Assembly (NCBI GenBank): GCA_024400495.1
Contig: JAKSMR010000003.1
Span: 5,862-69,861, forward strand
Direction: 5' to 3'
Length of the DNA: 64,000 bases
Origin: Bacteroidales bacterium
GTDB taxonomy: Bacteria; Bacteroidota; Bacteroidia; Bacteroidales; P3
The notes under the pieces: model-generated
Databases searched by the model: none
Told to the model about the DNA's origin: nothing
The model's input: only the letters and a program-made list of their open reading frames with translations
Made by a program: the position numbers and the translations under genes
Shown here: piece after piece, positions 18,553 through 28,048 of the stretch
How the letters are laid out: each line of letters begins with the position of its first letter
Position numbering within the stretch: the stretch's first letter is position 1

Positions 18553-20438
18553 TATCTGAGTATGCCTTCTAGTTTGAACGCCCAGGCGGCACGCCCCTGG
18601 GAGATGTCGGAGTAGTCTAGGTTGTCGGTATGGATGGTGACGAATTGGTTATCTTTGTCGTAGCTCCAACGGATGGACTTGTCGCAGCCGAGCATGGAGA
18701 CTCTCATATCGGAAGGGACATCGCCGCCGTAGCCGATCATGAAGTCGCCCTTCCATCCGAGCACGATAGCGTAGAGGTCCTTGCCTTTGGTGGTGAAGCA
18801 GACATAGGGCTTGCTGCAGAAATAGTTGGCTTCCCATCCGCCAAGGGCTTTCACGGGCACGAAAGTGGCATCGGATGCTCGTTTCCATTCCAGGGAACAA
18901 CGTGCCTCAAGATCCTGCTCGTGGAAATTCACGAACGCCAGATAACGACGTCCTTTCTGCAGGGAAACCTCTACATACTGGGTATCCTTGATGGAGGTGA
19001 TGAGTGTGGTTGAGGTTCCTTGGTCGATGTCGTTGATAGAAAAGGTGGCGGAGTCGTCGGCAGAGAGTCGGAAGGTGTACTTCCCGTCTTCGGGGGCTAT
19101 GATGGTGCCGTTCCAGATGGCGGAGAAATTGTCGTAGGTGATAGCTCGGTCGGGGCTGTTGCGCACCCAATCGAAGTTGATGACGTCGTCTTTGCGCTCG
19201 ATCTTGACGCCATGCATGGCGTTAAAACGGGGGACTACGGAGTAGAGTGTCTTGTTGTTGACTTTGGAAAAGACGGTATCAATCCAAGGGCGGGTGCCAT
19301 AGATCGCTTCGCCGTTGGTCTTCAGCCAATTGCCGAGGTCGAGGAGGCGCTCCTGCTGCAGCATGGGGATAGTGCCGTCGGCCATAGGACCTACGTTGAG
19401 GGTCATGCCGCCGCCGGCGGAGACGAGCTGGACGAAATGCTGTATGAGCTCGTCGCTGGAGAGGTAGTTGTCGAGAGACTCGTTACGGTTGTAGCCGAAG
19501 CTGCGTCCCAGTCCGCGACATTCGGCCCATGGACGATCGGTTGTGGTGATGCCTCCGCTATATTCGGGGGTGCGGAAACCGTGCTGTTCGCCAGAGCCCC
19601 ATCGGTTGTTGACGATGGCGTCGGGACCAATGGTGTTGTAGTACCAGCTGATGAGCTCGGCAGCATGGAAGTCGGAGGCTTTGTTGTTCCACTCTCCATC
19701 GGTAAAGAGCACCTCGGGGCGGTAGCGGGTAACCATATCCTTGAGCTGGGGGATCATGTGGTTGTCGACATAGTCGGCTATGCTGTCGTCGGGGTGTTCC
19801 ATCCAGATGTGGCGGCGGTTGGTCCATTCGGGAAGCGAGTAGTAGGCGCCGAAACGGATGCCTTTGGCTCGCACGGCCTCGGAGAGCTCGGCGCAGATGT
19901 CGCGTTTGGGACCGCTAAGGACCGAGTTCCAGTTCTCGCGCTCGTCGTAGGTGGTTTTGTTGTCCCAAAGGCAGTAGCCGTCGTGGTGTTTGGTGACAAG
20001 CAGTATATACTGGGCGCCAGCATCTTTGAAGAGCTGTGCCCATTGGTCGGGATTCCAGAGTTCTGCGTGCCAATGGTCTTTGAGAGCGGAATACTGTTCG
20101 AAAGGCGACGCATTGGTGTCGGCATAGCGCTGCATCACCTCCTTGCGGTCGTGCTGGCCGGTCATCAGACCGCGGTAGAACCACTCGGCATAGCCCTCTT
20201 TGCTGGCATAGGCGGGGACGGAATAGAGGCCCCAATGAATGAAGATACCCAGCTTGGCGTCGCTGAACCATTGGGGGTAGCCCCGTTGGTTGATGCTCTC
20301 CCATGTGGGCATCACCTGGCCTGAGGCCACCTGTTCTGTGTGGGCTGCGCGGCTTTTCCTTGCTTTCTTTTGTGCAAGGGTGGGGTTGGAGAGGCCCAGA
20401 ACCAGAAGCAGAGCCAGAAGGAGGTATCTATTTTTCAT
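18552..20438 (-). CDS. GH29 alpha-L-fucosidase with an internal PA14-like insert
   Basis: Signal peptide MKNRYLLLALLLVLGLSNPTLAQ. GH29 signature GIFIHWGLYSVPAY...LVTKHHDGYCLWD. PA14-like segment FSAIWNGTIIAPEDGKYTFRLSADDSATFSIND. The stop shares one nt with the TrmH-family start. The tracked ORF extends to 20471. Confidence 0.88.
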   Translation of the reverse strand: MKNRYLLLALLLVLGLSNPTLAQKKARKSRAAHTEQVASGQVMPTWESINQRGYPQWFSDAKLGIFIHWGLYSVPAYASKEGYAEWFYRGLMTGQHDRKEVMQRYADTNASPFEQYSALKDHWHAELWNPDQWAQLFKDAGAQYILLVTKHHDGYCLWDNKTTYDERENWNSVLSGPKRDICAELSEAVRAKGIRFGAYYSLPEWTNRRHIWMEHPDDSIADYVDNHMIPQLKDMVTRYRPEVLFTDGEWNNKASDFHAAELISWYYNTIGPDAIVNNRWGSGEQHGFRTPEYSGGITTTDRPWAECRGLGRSFGYNRNESLDNYLSSDELIQHFVQLVSAGGGMTLNVGPMADGTIPMLQQERLLDLGNWLKTNGEAIYGTRPWIDTVFSKVNNKTLYSVVPRFNAMHGVKIERKDDVINFDWVRNSPDRAITYDNFSAIWNGTIIAPEDGKYTFRLSADDSATFSINDIDQGTSTTLITSIKDTQYVEVSLQKGRRYLAFVNFHEQDLEARCSLEWKRASDATFVPVKALGGWEANYFCSKPYVCFTTKGKDLYAIVLGWKGDFMIGYGGDVPSDMRVSMLGCDKSIRWSYDKDNQFVTIHTDNLDYSDISQGRAAWAFKLEGILR

Positions 20439-21459
20439 TGTGATTGTTTTTGCGGAATGAGAAACGGTCAATTAATTTCCTGTTGAAATCGAGCCGCCTG
20501 AGCAGTTTGTCCAAAGGCGCTTTGTGGTCGATTATGGGGTTCTTCAGCAGGCGGGTATGCTGGCGCAGTTCGGGGTGGTCGGCCAGGAGTTTCTGTCCGG
20601 CTTCGTAGCCATACTGGAACCAGTTGTCGATCTGCTCGAAATCGATCTGCGAGTATCCATGGGGGTCAATCTTGACGGGATGGGTGCAGAAAAGCACGCG
20701 GTCGACGGTATTGGCGGTAATGAGGAGCGAGAAGGAGCGCATCCAGATCTCTTTCCTGTTGTTGAACTTGTCGATATGAGACTCGTCGTCGAAATAGCTT
20801 CCTATGCGGATGTCGCATCCTTCCCATATCAGAGGCTCTACGGGAAGGTTCACCATCACGCCTCCGTCAACATAGGTGACGCCCTCGATCACCACGGGGG
20901 CGAAGACGACGGGAAAGGCCGCGGAAGCCGTCACATACTGAGCTAGATAGCCGCCTTCGCCCACGTGCTTTGCGCAGGCGTTGTTGATATCGACGGCACA
21001 GCAGTAGAACTTGGTGCTGAGCGAATCGAAGGAGTTGTGCGGAACATATTTGTAGAAGACGCGACGCAGATGACGGTAGTCGGCATATCCGGCATCGCGC
21101 TTGTGGTTGTTGCGCAGGATGGTCTTTCGGTCGTCCATGTGCTCTTTCTTGGCTATCGCCAAAATCTCGCGAGGCGAATAGCCGGCGCAATAGAACATGC
21201 CCATGATAGCGCCCATCGATGTGCCCGACACTACGTCGATGCGCACACCCGCTTCGTCGAGGGCCTGGAGGACGCCGAGATGGGCGAATCCCTTGGCGGC
21301 TCCTCCGCTTAGGGCGATGCCTACCTTTACCGTATCGGCAAAGATGGTGTCGGGACGTTGTGGCGTGAAGGCGATCTGCGCGCTACACATGGGTGCCGAC
21401 ACAAGGAACAGGAGCGATATCCAGACTGCTAGAGTTTTCATGATAATAGTATAACGCAC
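20428..21459 (-). CDS. Patatin-like phospholipase
   Basis: GIALSGGAAKGFAHLGVLQAL (glycine-rich oxyanion loop), GTSMG nucleophile elbow, signal peptide. An alternative start lies at 21441. Confidence 0.85.
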   Translation of the reverse strand: MRYTIIMKTLAVWISLLFLVSAPMCSAQIAFTPQRPDTIFADTVKVGIALSGGAAKGFAHLGVLQALDEAGVRIDVVSGTSMGAIMGMFYCAGYSPREILAIAKKEHMDDRKTILRNNHKRDAGYADYRHLRRVFYKYVPHNSFDSLSTKFYCCAVDINNACAKHVGEGGYLAQYVTASAAFPVVFAPVVIEGVTYVDGGVMVNLPVEPLIWEGCDIRIGSYFDDESHIDKFNNRKEIWMRSFSLLITANTVDRVLFCTHPVKIDPHGYSQIDFEQIDNWFQYGYEAGQKLLADHPELRQHTRLLKNPIIDHKAPLDKLLRRLDFNRKLIDRFSFRKNNHNEK

Positions 21460-21637
21460 GAATATTTAAAATATTGTGTTGCGCGCGTGCTAATTTATAA
21501 AAAGGCGACTTTTGTTTTTTTTGAAGATTCCCGAAACCTTTGAAAGCAAAGCGCTATTCGCCTGCAACAAACAGCTGCACTTCAGGAAGATGATGGCTGG
21601 CGACGTTTTTTTCTTTGTTTTTTCGTGCATTTTTTTG

Positions 21638-21645
21638 TATCTTTG
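21638..21645 (+). promoter_or_regulatory. -7 box TATCTTTG upstream of the aminotransferase gene
   Basis: TAnnTTTG match 24 nt upstream of the ATG at 21669. Confidence 0.5.
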
Positions 21646-21668
21646 CATTTTCATTTATCCTTCTGGCT

Positions 21669-22847
21669 ATGCAATACAATTTTGACGAAATCATTGAGCG
21701 TAAGGGCACTAACTGCGTCAAGCACGACGCCTTGACAGAAAACTTCGGTCGCGACGACCTGCTGCCTATGTGGGTGGCCGACATGGATTTTCGTTCGCCC
21801 GACTTTGTGATGGAAGCGCTCCGCGAGCGTTGCTGCCACGAGGTGCTGGGCTATGCCAAAGCTCACGACGCCTATTTCGACACGATGGTTGCCTGGCTCA
21901 GAAACCACTACGGCATCAACGCCGGACGCAACGAGCTCCACTATGTCCGGGGCATCGTGGCCGGCATCTCGTTTGCCATACAGGCATTGACAAAAGCTGG
22001 CGACGGAATTCTCATCACCACTCCCGTCTATCCTCCGTTCGTCCATTTGCCCCAAGGTAGTAATAGAACGCTGGTCTGCAGCGCATTGAAAGTCGTTGAC
22101 GGAAGATTTTCTATTGATTTCGACGACTTGGAGAAGAAGGCCAAGGAATGCTCGCTTATGATCCTCTCCAACCCTCACAATCCCGTGGGGACGGTATGGA
22201 GTAGGGAAGAGCTGAGCCATATCGCAGACATCTGCCACAGGAATGGCGTGATTGTGATTTCGGACGAGATCCATGCCGACCTCACACTTCCTGGCGCTCC
22301 TCTGCGCCACACCTCGTTCAGTATCGTGAGTGCGACGGCAGCAGAGATCTCCATCACCTTCACGGCACCTTCGAAGACCTTCAACATCGCCGGCCTGGGA
22401 AGCTCCATCTGCTACATCCCTAACCAGGATCTGCGCCATCGCTATTTCGGCTATCTCAACACCTACGAAGTGGCGTTGGGCAACATCTTCGCCTTCGTCG
22501 GGGCCGAAGCCGCATTCTCCAAAGGCGAGGAATGGCTGAGGCGGATGCTCGACTATCTGCAAGGCAATGTTGATTTTGCAAAAGAATATATCGCACAAAA
22601 GCTGCCCAAGGTGGAGGCTATGCTTCCCGAGGCCTCCTATCTGGCTTGGCTCGATTTTTCAGCCTATGGGATGAAGCACGAAGAGGTCAAGTCGTTGTTG
22701 ATCAACAAGGCCAAAGTCGCCTTGAACGACGGAGCAATGTTCTCTCCCGACCCCGACGATCCTATGACGCAATGCCGTTTCCGCCTCAATCTCGGCTGTC
22801 CGAGAGCCACACTCAAGGAGGCTTTGGACCGGATTGCCACGATCTAG
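21669..22847 (+). CDS. PLP-dependent class I/II aminotransferase, MalY/PatB-type C-S lyase
   Basis: MQYNFDEIIERKGTNCVKHD start, SNPHNPVGTVWSREEL, and PSKTFNIAGL with the PLP lysine. Confidence 0.85.
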   Translation: MQYNFDEIIERKGTNCVKHDALTENFGRDDLLPMWVADMDFRSPDFVMEALRERCCHEVLGYAKAHDAYFDTMVAWLRNHYGINAGRNELHYVRGIVAGISFAIQALTKAGDGILITTPVYPPFVHLPQGSNRTLVCSALKVVDGRFSIDFDDLEKKAKECSLMILSNPHNPVGTVWSREELSHIADICHRNGVIVISDEIHADLTLPGAPLRHTSFSIVSATAAEISITFTAPSKTFNIAGLGSSICYIPNQDLRHRYFGYLNTYEVALGNIFAFVGAEAAFSKGEEWLRRMLDYLQGNVDFAKEYIAQKLPKVEAMLPEASYLAWLDFSAYGMKHEEVKSLLINKAKVALNDGAMFSPDPDDPMTQCRFRLNLGCPRATLKEALDRIATI

Positions 22848-22863
22848 AGACGTCCTAGGCAGG

Positions 22864-22984
22864 CACTAGCGTCGCACTAATGTCGCACTAGCGTCGCACC
22901 AAGCAGGCAAAATTGCGACGCTAGATAGGCGCTAATAGGACGCTAATGAGATGCTAGATAGGCGCTAGTGTATGGCTACCGCCT
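22864..22984. repeat. 11-bp-register micro-array B: eleven consecutive units with 5' hexamer CRCTAR
   Basis: CACTA/CACCA starts at 22864, 22875, 22886 and 22897. GCTA at 22920, 22931, 22942, 22953, 22964 and 22975, spacing exactly 11. Confidence 0.85.
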
Positions 22985-23070
22985 TATTTCCACCCGTCGC
23001 AAAGAGGGTTTTGACAAGAGATTGTTAATAAATATTCGCGCGCACTCGCGAACTATTTAATATTTATTCG

Positions 23071-23078
23071 TATATTTG
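23071..23078 (+). promoter_or_regulatory. -7 box TATATTTG upstream of the Cpn10-like gene
   Basis: TAnnTTTG match 55 nt upstream of the ATG at 23133. Confidence 0.45.
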
Positions 23079-23132
23079 CATCTTGAATATTTTGTGCCAC
23101 GTTGGCGCAACTTATTGTAATTGTTATTATTG

Positions 23133-23489
23133 ATGAAAACCAATATAGATAAAATAATCGTAATCGGCGATCGCGTGCTCATCCAGCCTTCTGATGTAGC
23201 CCACCAGACCAAGAGTGGTCTCTATCTCCCTGCTGGCTATCAGGATCGCGAAGACATCCAGAGCGGATACATCCTCAAATGCGGCCCCGGCTATGCCATC
23301 CCTTCCTCCGACGACGGAGAGGACTGGAACGCCAACCGCCACGAAGTGCGCTACCTCCCGTTGCAGGTAAAGCCCGGCGACTTCGCCCTTTTTATGCAGA
23401 AGAACGCCGTGGAGGTGAAGTACGAAGGCGAGAAATATTTCGTCGTCCCCCAGAACGCCATACTCATCGTCGAACGCGATCTAGACTAA
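23133..23489 (+). CDS. Stand-alone GroES/Cpn10-family protein (not followed by groEL)
   Basis: IVIGDRVLIQP...KSGLYLP...GYILKCGPG...KPGDFALF...YFVVPQNAILIVE follows the Cpn10 beta-barrel pattern, with an insert. Confidence 0.72.
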   Translation: MKTNIDKIIVIGDRVLIQPSDVAHQTKSGLYLPAGYQDREDIQSGYILKCGPGYAIPSSDDGEDWNANRHEVRYLPLQVKPGDFALFMQKNAVEVKYEGEKYFVVPQNAILIVERDLD

Positions 23490-23566
23490 CCCTCAGGAAA
23501 CTCAAGAACTGACAAGTTCCCTGAGGAACCGGACATCTAATCCAAGAAACAAAAAAATACAAATAT

Positions 23567-26164
23567 ATGACATCTAACGATATCCGCAAGGCTTTCTTGC
23601 AATTCTTCGAATCCAAACAGCACCATATCGTTCCCTCCGCCCCTATGGTGGTGAAGAACGACCCGACCCTCATGTTCACCAACGCCGGCATGAACCAGTT
23701 CAAGGACATCTTCCTCGGCAACGCCCCCGCACAATATGCACGCGTAGCCGACTCGCAGAAATGTCTTCGTGTGAGCGGCAAGCACAACGACCTCGAAGAG
23801 GTTGGTCACGACACCTACCACCACACCATGTTCGAGATGCTCGGCAACTGGAGCTTCGGCGACTATTTCAAGAAAGAAGCCATCGCCTACGGCTGGGAGT
23901 TCCTTACCGAAGTGATGAAGATTGACAAGAACAACCTCTATGTAACCGTCTTCGGCGGCGACGAAAAAGAGGGTCTTGCCATGGACCAGGAAGCCTACGA
24001 TTTCTGGAAAGCCCACATCGCCGAGGATCGCATCCTCATGGGCTCCAAGAAGGACAACTTCTGGGAGATGGGAGACCAGGGCCCCTGCGGTCCTTGCTCC
24101 GAGATCCATGTCGACCTTCGCGACGAAGCCGAGAAGGCTAAAGCGCCCGGAAAAGACCTGGTGAACAAGGACAATCCCCTCGTTATTGAAATCTGGAACC
24201 TCGTGTTCATGCAGTTCAACCGCCTCGCCGACGGCCATCTCGAGCCCCTCAAAGCCAAGCATATCGATACCGGTATGGGTTTCGAGCGCCTCTGCATGGT
24301 CATGCAAGGCGTGAAGAGCAACTATGATACCGACGTCTTCCAGCCCCTCATCCAGGAACTGGCACGCAAAGCCGGCATGACTTATGGCAAGGACGAAAAA
24401 GCCGACATCGCCATGCGTGTCTGCGCCGACCACCTCCGTGCCGTGAGCTTCTCTATAGCCGACGGCCAGCTGCCCAGCAACGCCAAGGCCGGCTACGTCA
24501 TCCGTCGCATCCTCCGCCGTGCCGTGCGCTACGGCTACACCTTCCTCGATTTCAAGGAACCTTTCATCAACACCCTCGTTCCCACTCTCGTGGCTCAGAT
24601 GGGACATCAGTTTACCGAGCTGCAGAAACAGCAGGAACTCATCCAGCGCATCATCCTCGAAGAAGAGCAGTCGTTCCTCAAAACCCTCAGCAACGGTATC
24701 CTCAAATTCGAGAAATATATCGCCGGCGCCAAAGCCGACAAGACCATCGATGGAGCCTTTGCTTTCGAACTCTTTGACACCTATGGTTTCCCCATCGACC
24801 TCACCCAGCTGATGGCTTCCGAGCAGGGTTGGAAGGTTGATATGGAAGGCTTTGAAAAAGGTCTGCAGGAGCAGAAGAACCGTAGCCGTGCAGCCGCTCA
24901 GATTGAGAGCGACGATTGGGTTAGCGTTCATCCCGAGGTTGAAGAGAAATTCGTAGGCTACGACACCCTCTCCGCCGATGTGGAGATCGTGCGTTACCGC
25001 AAAGTGAAGACCAAAGACAAAGAGTTCTTCCAGCTTGTTTTCGACCAGACTCCCTTCTATGGCGAAGGTGGTGGTCAGGCTGGCGATAAAGGTACCATTA
25101 CCGCCAATGGCGAAAGTGTGGCTATCTTCGACACCAAGAAAGAGAACAACCTCATCATCCATCTCGTATCCAAGCTGCCTACCGACCTTAGCGCCACCTT
25201 TGTCGCCCAGGTCGACGAGGCCAAGCGCCGTGCTACCGAAAACAACCACTCCGCAACCCACCTCCTCCACAAGGCTTTGCGTAGCGTGTTGGGCACCCAT
25301 GTAGAACAGAAAGGTTCCAGCGTCGACGACCAGCGTCTCCGATTCGACTTCTCGCACTTCTCGAAGATGAGCAAGGAAGAGATCCGTGAGGTTGAACGCC
25401 TTGTCAACATCGACATCCGTCGCAATATCGCCCTTGAAGAGCATCGTGCCATGCCTATCGCAGAAGCGCAGAAACTTGGAGCTATGGCTCTCTTCGGTGA
25501 GAAATACGGTGAGTTCGTCCGCGTAGTCAAATATGCAGAAAGCGTTGAGTTCTGCGGAGGTACCCATGTTAGTGCCACCGGCAACATCGGTTCCTTCAAA
25601 ATTGTAAGCGAAGGTGCCGTGGCAGCAGGTATGCGCCGTATCGAGGCCGTTACCGCACAGGCTGCAGAACAGCTGGCCAACGATCGCGAGGACCAGATCG
25701 AAGCTCTTAAAGAGCTCTTCAAGAGCACTAAGGACCTCACCGGTTCTGTACAGAAAGTGCTCGACGATAACGCCTCCCTCAAGGCTCAGATAGAGAAGTT
25801 CCAGCAGCAGCAGGCCAATGCCACCCGCAAGGAGTTCGAGGCCAAGGTGGCTGCTAACCCCATCGTTGTAGAACGCATGGAAGGAGACCTCAACCTGCTC
25901 CGCGACGCTATGCTCCAGCTTGTCAAAGATCATCCTGAGGCTGCCCTCGTGCTCGGCTCCACTTTCGGCGACAAGCCCGCACTCATGGTGGTGCTCGGCA
26001 AGAACCATACCGACGCAGGCAAGAATGCCGGCAACATCGTCCGCACAGCAGGAAAAGAGATCCAAGGCGGCGGCGGCGGCCAGCCCGCTTGCGCTACCGC
26101 AGGTGGCAAGAACATCGAAGGTCTAGGCAAAGCTATGGAAGTGGCCAAATCGATGATTGATTAA
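23567..26164 (+). CDS. alaS: Alanine--tRNA ligase
   Basis: 865 aa. FLQFFESKQHHIVPSAPMV, FTNAGMNQFKD, HHTMFEMLGNWSFGDYFK, and the editing-domain motif HSATHLLH. Confidence 0.97.
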   Translation: MTSNDIRKAFLQFFESKQHHIVPSAPMVVKNDPTLMFTNAGMNQFKDIFLGNAPAQYARVADSQKCLRVSGKHNDLEEVGHDTYHHTMFEMLGNWSFGDYFKKEAIAYGWEFLTEVMKIDKNNLYVTVFGGDEKEGLAMDQEAYDFWKAHIAEDRILMGSKKDNFWEMGDQGPCGPCSEIHVDLRDEAEKAKAPGKDLVNKDNPLVIEIWNLVFMQFNRLADGHLEPLKAKHIDTGMGFERLCMVMQGVKSNYDTDVFQPLIQELARKAGMTYGKDEKADIAMRVCADHLRAVSFSIADGQLPSNAKAGYVIRRILRRAVRYGYTFLDFKEPFINTLVPTLVAQMGHQFTELQKQQELIQRIILEEEQSFLKTLSNGILKFEKYIAGAKADKTIDGAFAFELFDTYGFPIDLTQLMASEQGWKVDMEGFEKGLQEQKNRSRAAAQIESDDWVSVHPEVEEKFVGYDTLSADVEIVRYRKVKTKDKEFFQLVFDQTPFYGEGGGQAGDKGTITANGESVAIFDTKKENNLIIHLVSKLPTDLSATFVAQVDEAKRRATENNHSATHLLHKALRSVLGTHVEQKGSSVDDQRLRFDFSHFSKMSKEEIREVERLVNIDIRRNIALEEHRAMPIAEAQKLGAMALFGEKYGEFVRVVKYAESVEFCGGTHVSATGNIGSFKIVSEGAVAAGMRRIEAVTAQAAEQLANDREDQIEALKELFKSTKDLTGSVQKVLDDNASLKAQIEKFQQQQANATRKEFEAKVAANPIVVERMEGDLNLLRDAMLQLVKDHPEAALVLGSTFGDKPALMVVLGKNHTDAGKNAGNIVRTAGKEIQGGGGGQPACATAGGKNIEGLGKAMEVAKSMID

Positions 26165-26181
26165 CAATCGGCATCCGCAAC

Positions 26182-26224
26182 ACAACTCCCTGCATCACCA
26201 TAGAAGCGGGGAGTTGTTTCTTAT
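26182..26224 (+). terminator. Candidate terminator after alaS
   Basis: ACAACTCCC / GGGAGTTGT stem followed by TTCTTATC. Confidence 0.5.
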
Positions 26225-26314
26225 CGAACACAATAAATATAATACCATCAGGTAACCTCTAACGGATTAAAGAAGTTGATTTTGAGAGGTTCCTATAAAA
26301 CAGAAACGCTTACT

Positions 26315-26590
26315 ATGATTCGTTTGAATTGCTTTTTCAAAGCTAAGGACGGCAAATACGACGAAGCCCTTAATGTCGCGAAAGAACTTGTGGCTGCATC
26401 CCAGAAGCAGGAAGGCTGCATCGCATATGATGTCTTCGAGAGCGGCACACGCAAAGATGTGTTCTTGATTTGCGAGACTTGGGCCAACCAAGAGACTCTT
26501 GATGCCCATTCTGCATCGGAACCATTCCTCAGACTTGTTCCACAAATCAACGCCTGCGGAGAGATGAAGCTCGAGCAGTTCGTCTTCTAG
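26315..26590 (+). CDS. Antibiotic-biosynthesis-monooxygenase (ABM) fold protein
   Basis: ~91 aa from MIRLNCFF. GCIAYDVFES...ETWANQETLDAHSASEPF is typical of the ABM family. Confidence 0.72.
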   Translation: MIRLNCFFKAKDGKYDEALNVAKELVAASQKQEGCIAYDVFESGTRKDVFLICETWANQETLDAHSASEPFLRLVPQINACGEMKLEQFVF

Positions 26591-26641
26591 GACGCTCCTA
26601 GATTGCAGATTGTATTTCCAAATAACCATAACCCTCTAAAC

Positions 26642-28024
26642 ATGACGGAACAAGAGATCACCCGAACCATCGAAGGTCAACGACGCTTTTTTGCTACACG
26701 TAAGACTTTTGACATCGACTATCGTGTGGCTTTACTCAAGCGGCTGAGAGATAACATATCTAAATATCAAGACGATATCAACGCTGCATTAAAGCAGGAT
26801 ATAGGCAAATCGGCTTACGAGGCATATATGTGCGAGGTTGGGTTGGTTCTATCTGATATCCGACTTACAATCAGACATATCCGCCGTTGGTCACGAGCCA
26901 GACGTGTTCGCACCCATATCGGAAACTTCCCTTCGGTAAGTCGGATAATCCCCGAGCCTTATGGCACAGTTCTGATCATGTCACCTTGGAACTACCCATT
27001 TCTCCTCAGTCTCCAACCTCTGATTGGTGCCGTAGCAGCAGGTAATACCGTGATCCTCAAACCGTCAAACTATTCTCCCCACACCACGCAGATGCTAAAG
27101 AGGCTGATTGAGGAAACATTCCCTAAGGACTATGTATCGGTTGTGACGGGAGGTAGAGAGGAAAACGCGGCGCTTCTGGACCAGAAATTCGATTACATCT
27201 TTTTCACAGGTAGCGTGAAGGTAGGCAAGCTGGTGATGGAGAAAGCATCCCGTCATCTTTGCCCTACAACCCTTGAACTGGGCGGAAAAAGTCCCTGTAT
27301 TGTTGACCATACGGCCAACCTGAAATTAGCCGCCAAACGTATCTGTTTTGGAAAGCATGTCAACGTCGGACAGACCTGTATCGCTCCCGATTATCTTTTT
27401 GTGGAAGAATGTGTTAAGGATGAATTCTTAAACCACTACAAGAATTGCATCAAAGAGATGTTCGGCGACAATCCCATAGACAATAATCCCGACTATGGAA
27501 AGATTGTCAACAAAAAGCATTTTGATCGGGTAAGCCGACTTATCAACCCCAACAAGGTGATCTTCGGCGGCCGCACCAATGAAGCGACGCAACAGATTGA
27601 GCCCACAATATTAGACAACGTCTCCGCAGAAGATCCCGTGATGCAAGAAGAGATCTTCGGACCTATCTTGCCCGTAATGACTTTCAACAAGATTGAGGAA
27701 GTTGAGCAGTTTGTCACGAAGCGAGCAAAACCTCTGGCTTGCTATGTTTTTACTAACGACAAGAAAGTAGAACGTACATTTATGAGATACATATCTTTTG
27801 GAGGAGGATGCATCAACGACACTATCAACCATATATGTACAGACACTATGGGATTTGGTGGAGTGGGAGAGAGCGGTATGGGCTCTTATCATGGCAAGCG
27901 CACCTTCCTCACTTTCAGCCACGAGAAGAGCATTCTGAAAAAGTCGCAACTTATTGACACCCCAATGCGCTATCAGCCATACAAAACAATATATAGCAAA
28001 CTATTGCGCACTTTGTTAAGATAG
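26642..28024 (+). CDS. NAD(P)-dependent aldehyde dehydrogenase (class 3-like)
   Basis: LELGGKSPCIVD, GQTCIAPDY (catalytic Cys) and EEIFGPILPV motifs. Confidence 0.9.
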   Translation: MTEQEITRTIEGQRRFFATRKTFDIDYRVALLKRLRDNISKYQDDINAALKQDIGKSAYEAYMCEVGLVLSDIRLTIRHIRRWSRARRVRTHIGNFPSVSRIIPEPYGTVLIMSPWNYPFLLSLQPLIGAVAAGNTVILKPSNYSPHTTQMLKRLIEETFPKDYVSVVTGGREENAALLDQKFDYIFFTGSVKVGKLVMEKASRHLCPTTLELGGKSPCIVDHTANLKLAAKRICFGKHVNVGQTCIAPDYLFVEECVKDEFLNHYKNCIKEMFGDNPIDNNPDYGKIVNKKHFDRVSRLINPNKVIFGGRTNEATQQIEPTILDNVSAEDPVMQEEIFGPILPVMTFNKIEEVEQFVTKRAKPLACYVFTNDKKVERTFMRYISFGGGCINDTINHICTDTMGFGGVGESGMGSYHGKRTFLTFSHEKSILKKSQLIDTPMRYQPYKTIYSKLLRTLLR

Positions 28025-28048
28025 GAGAAACTGCAGATCTGAATCTGA

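Noticed and set aside
22864-22984. The tandem arrays as CRISPR
   Set aside because: The units are 11 bp, directly abutting with no spacers, and there are no cas genes in the window. This is incompatible with CRISPR repeat-spacer structure.
23020-23070. CIRCE/HrcA operator upstream of the Cpn10-like gene
   Set aside because: The sequence does not match TTAGCACTC-N9-GAGTGCTAA. Only a generic AT-rich inverted repeat is present. It is reported as a low-interest finding instead.
23537-26065. 842-aa ORF antisense to alaS, and similar shadow ORFs at 16191-17681 (glyQS), 19020-20324 (fucosidase), 21651-22598 (aminotransferase), 45606-46427 (DHS-like) and 8199-8921 / 9429-10295 (proteases)
   Set aside because: Same codon-bias artefact. 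Each lies fully inside a gene with clear family motifs on the opposite strand, and each translates to V/G/D/E/H-rich sequence without motifs.
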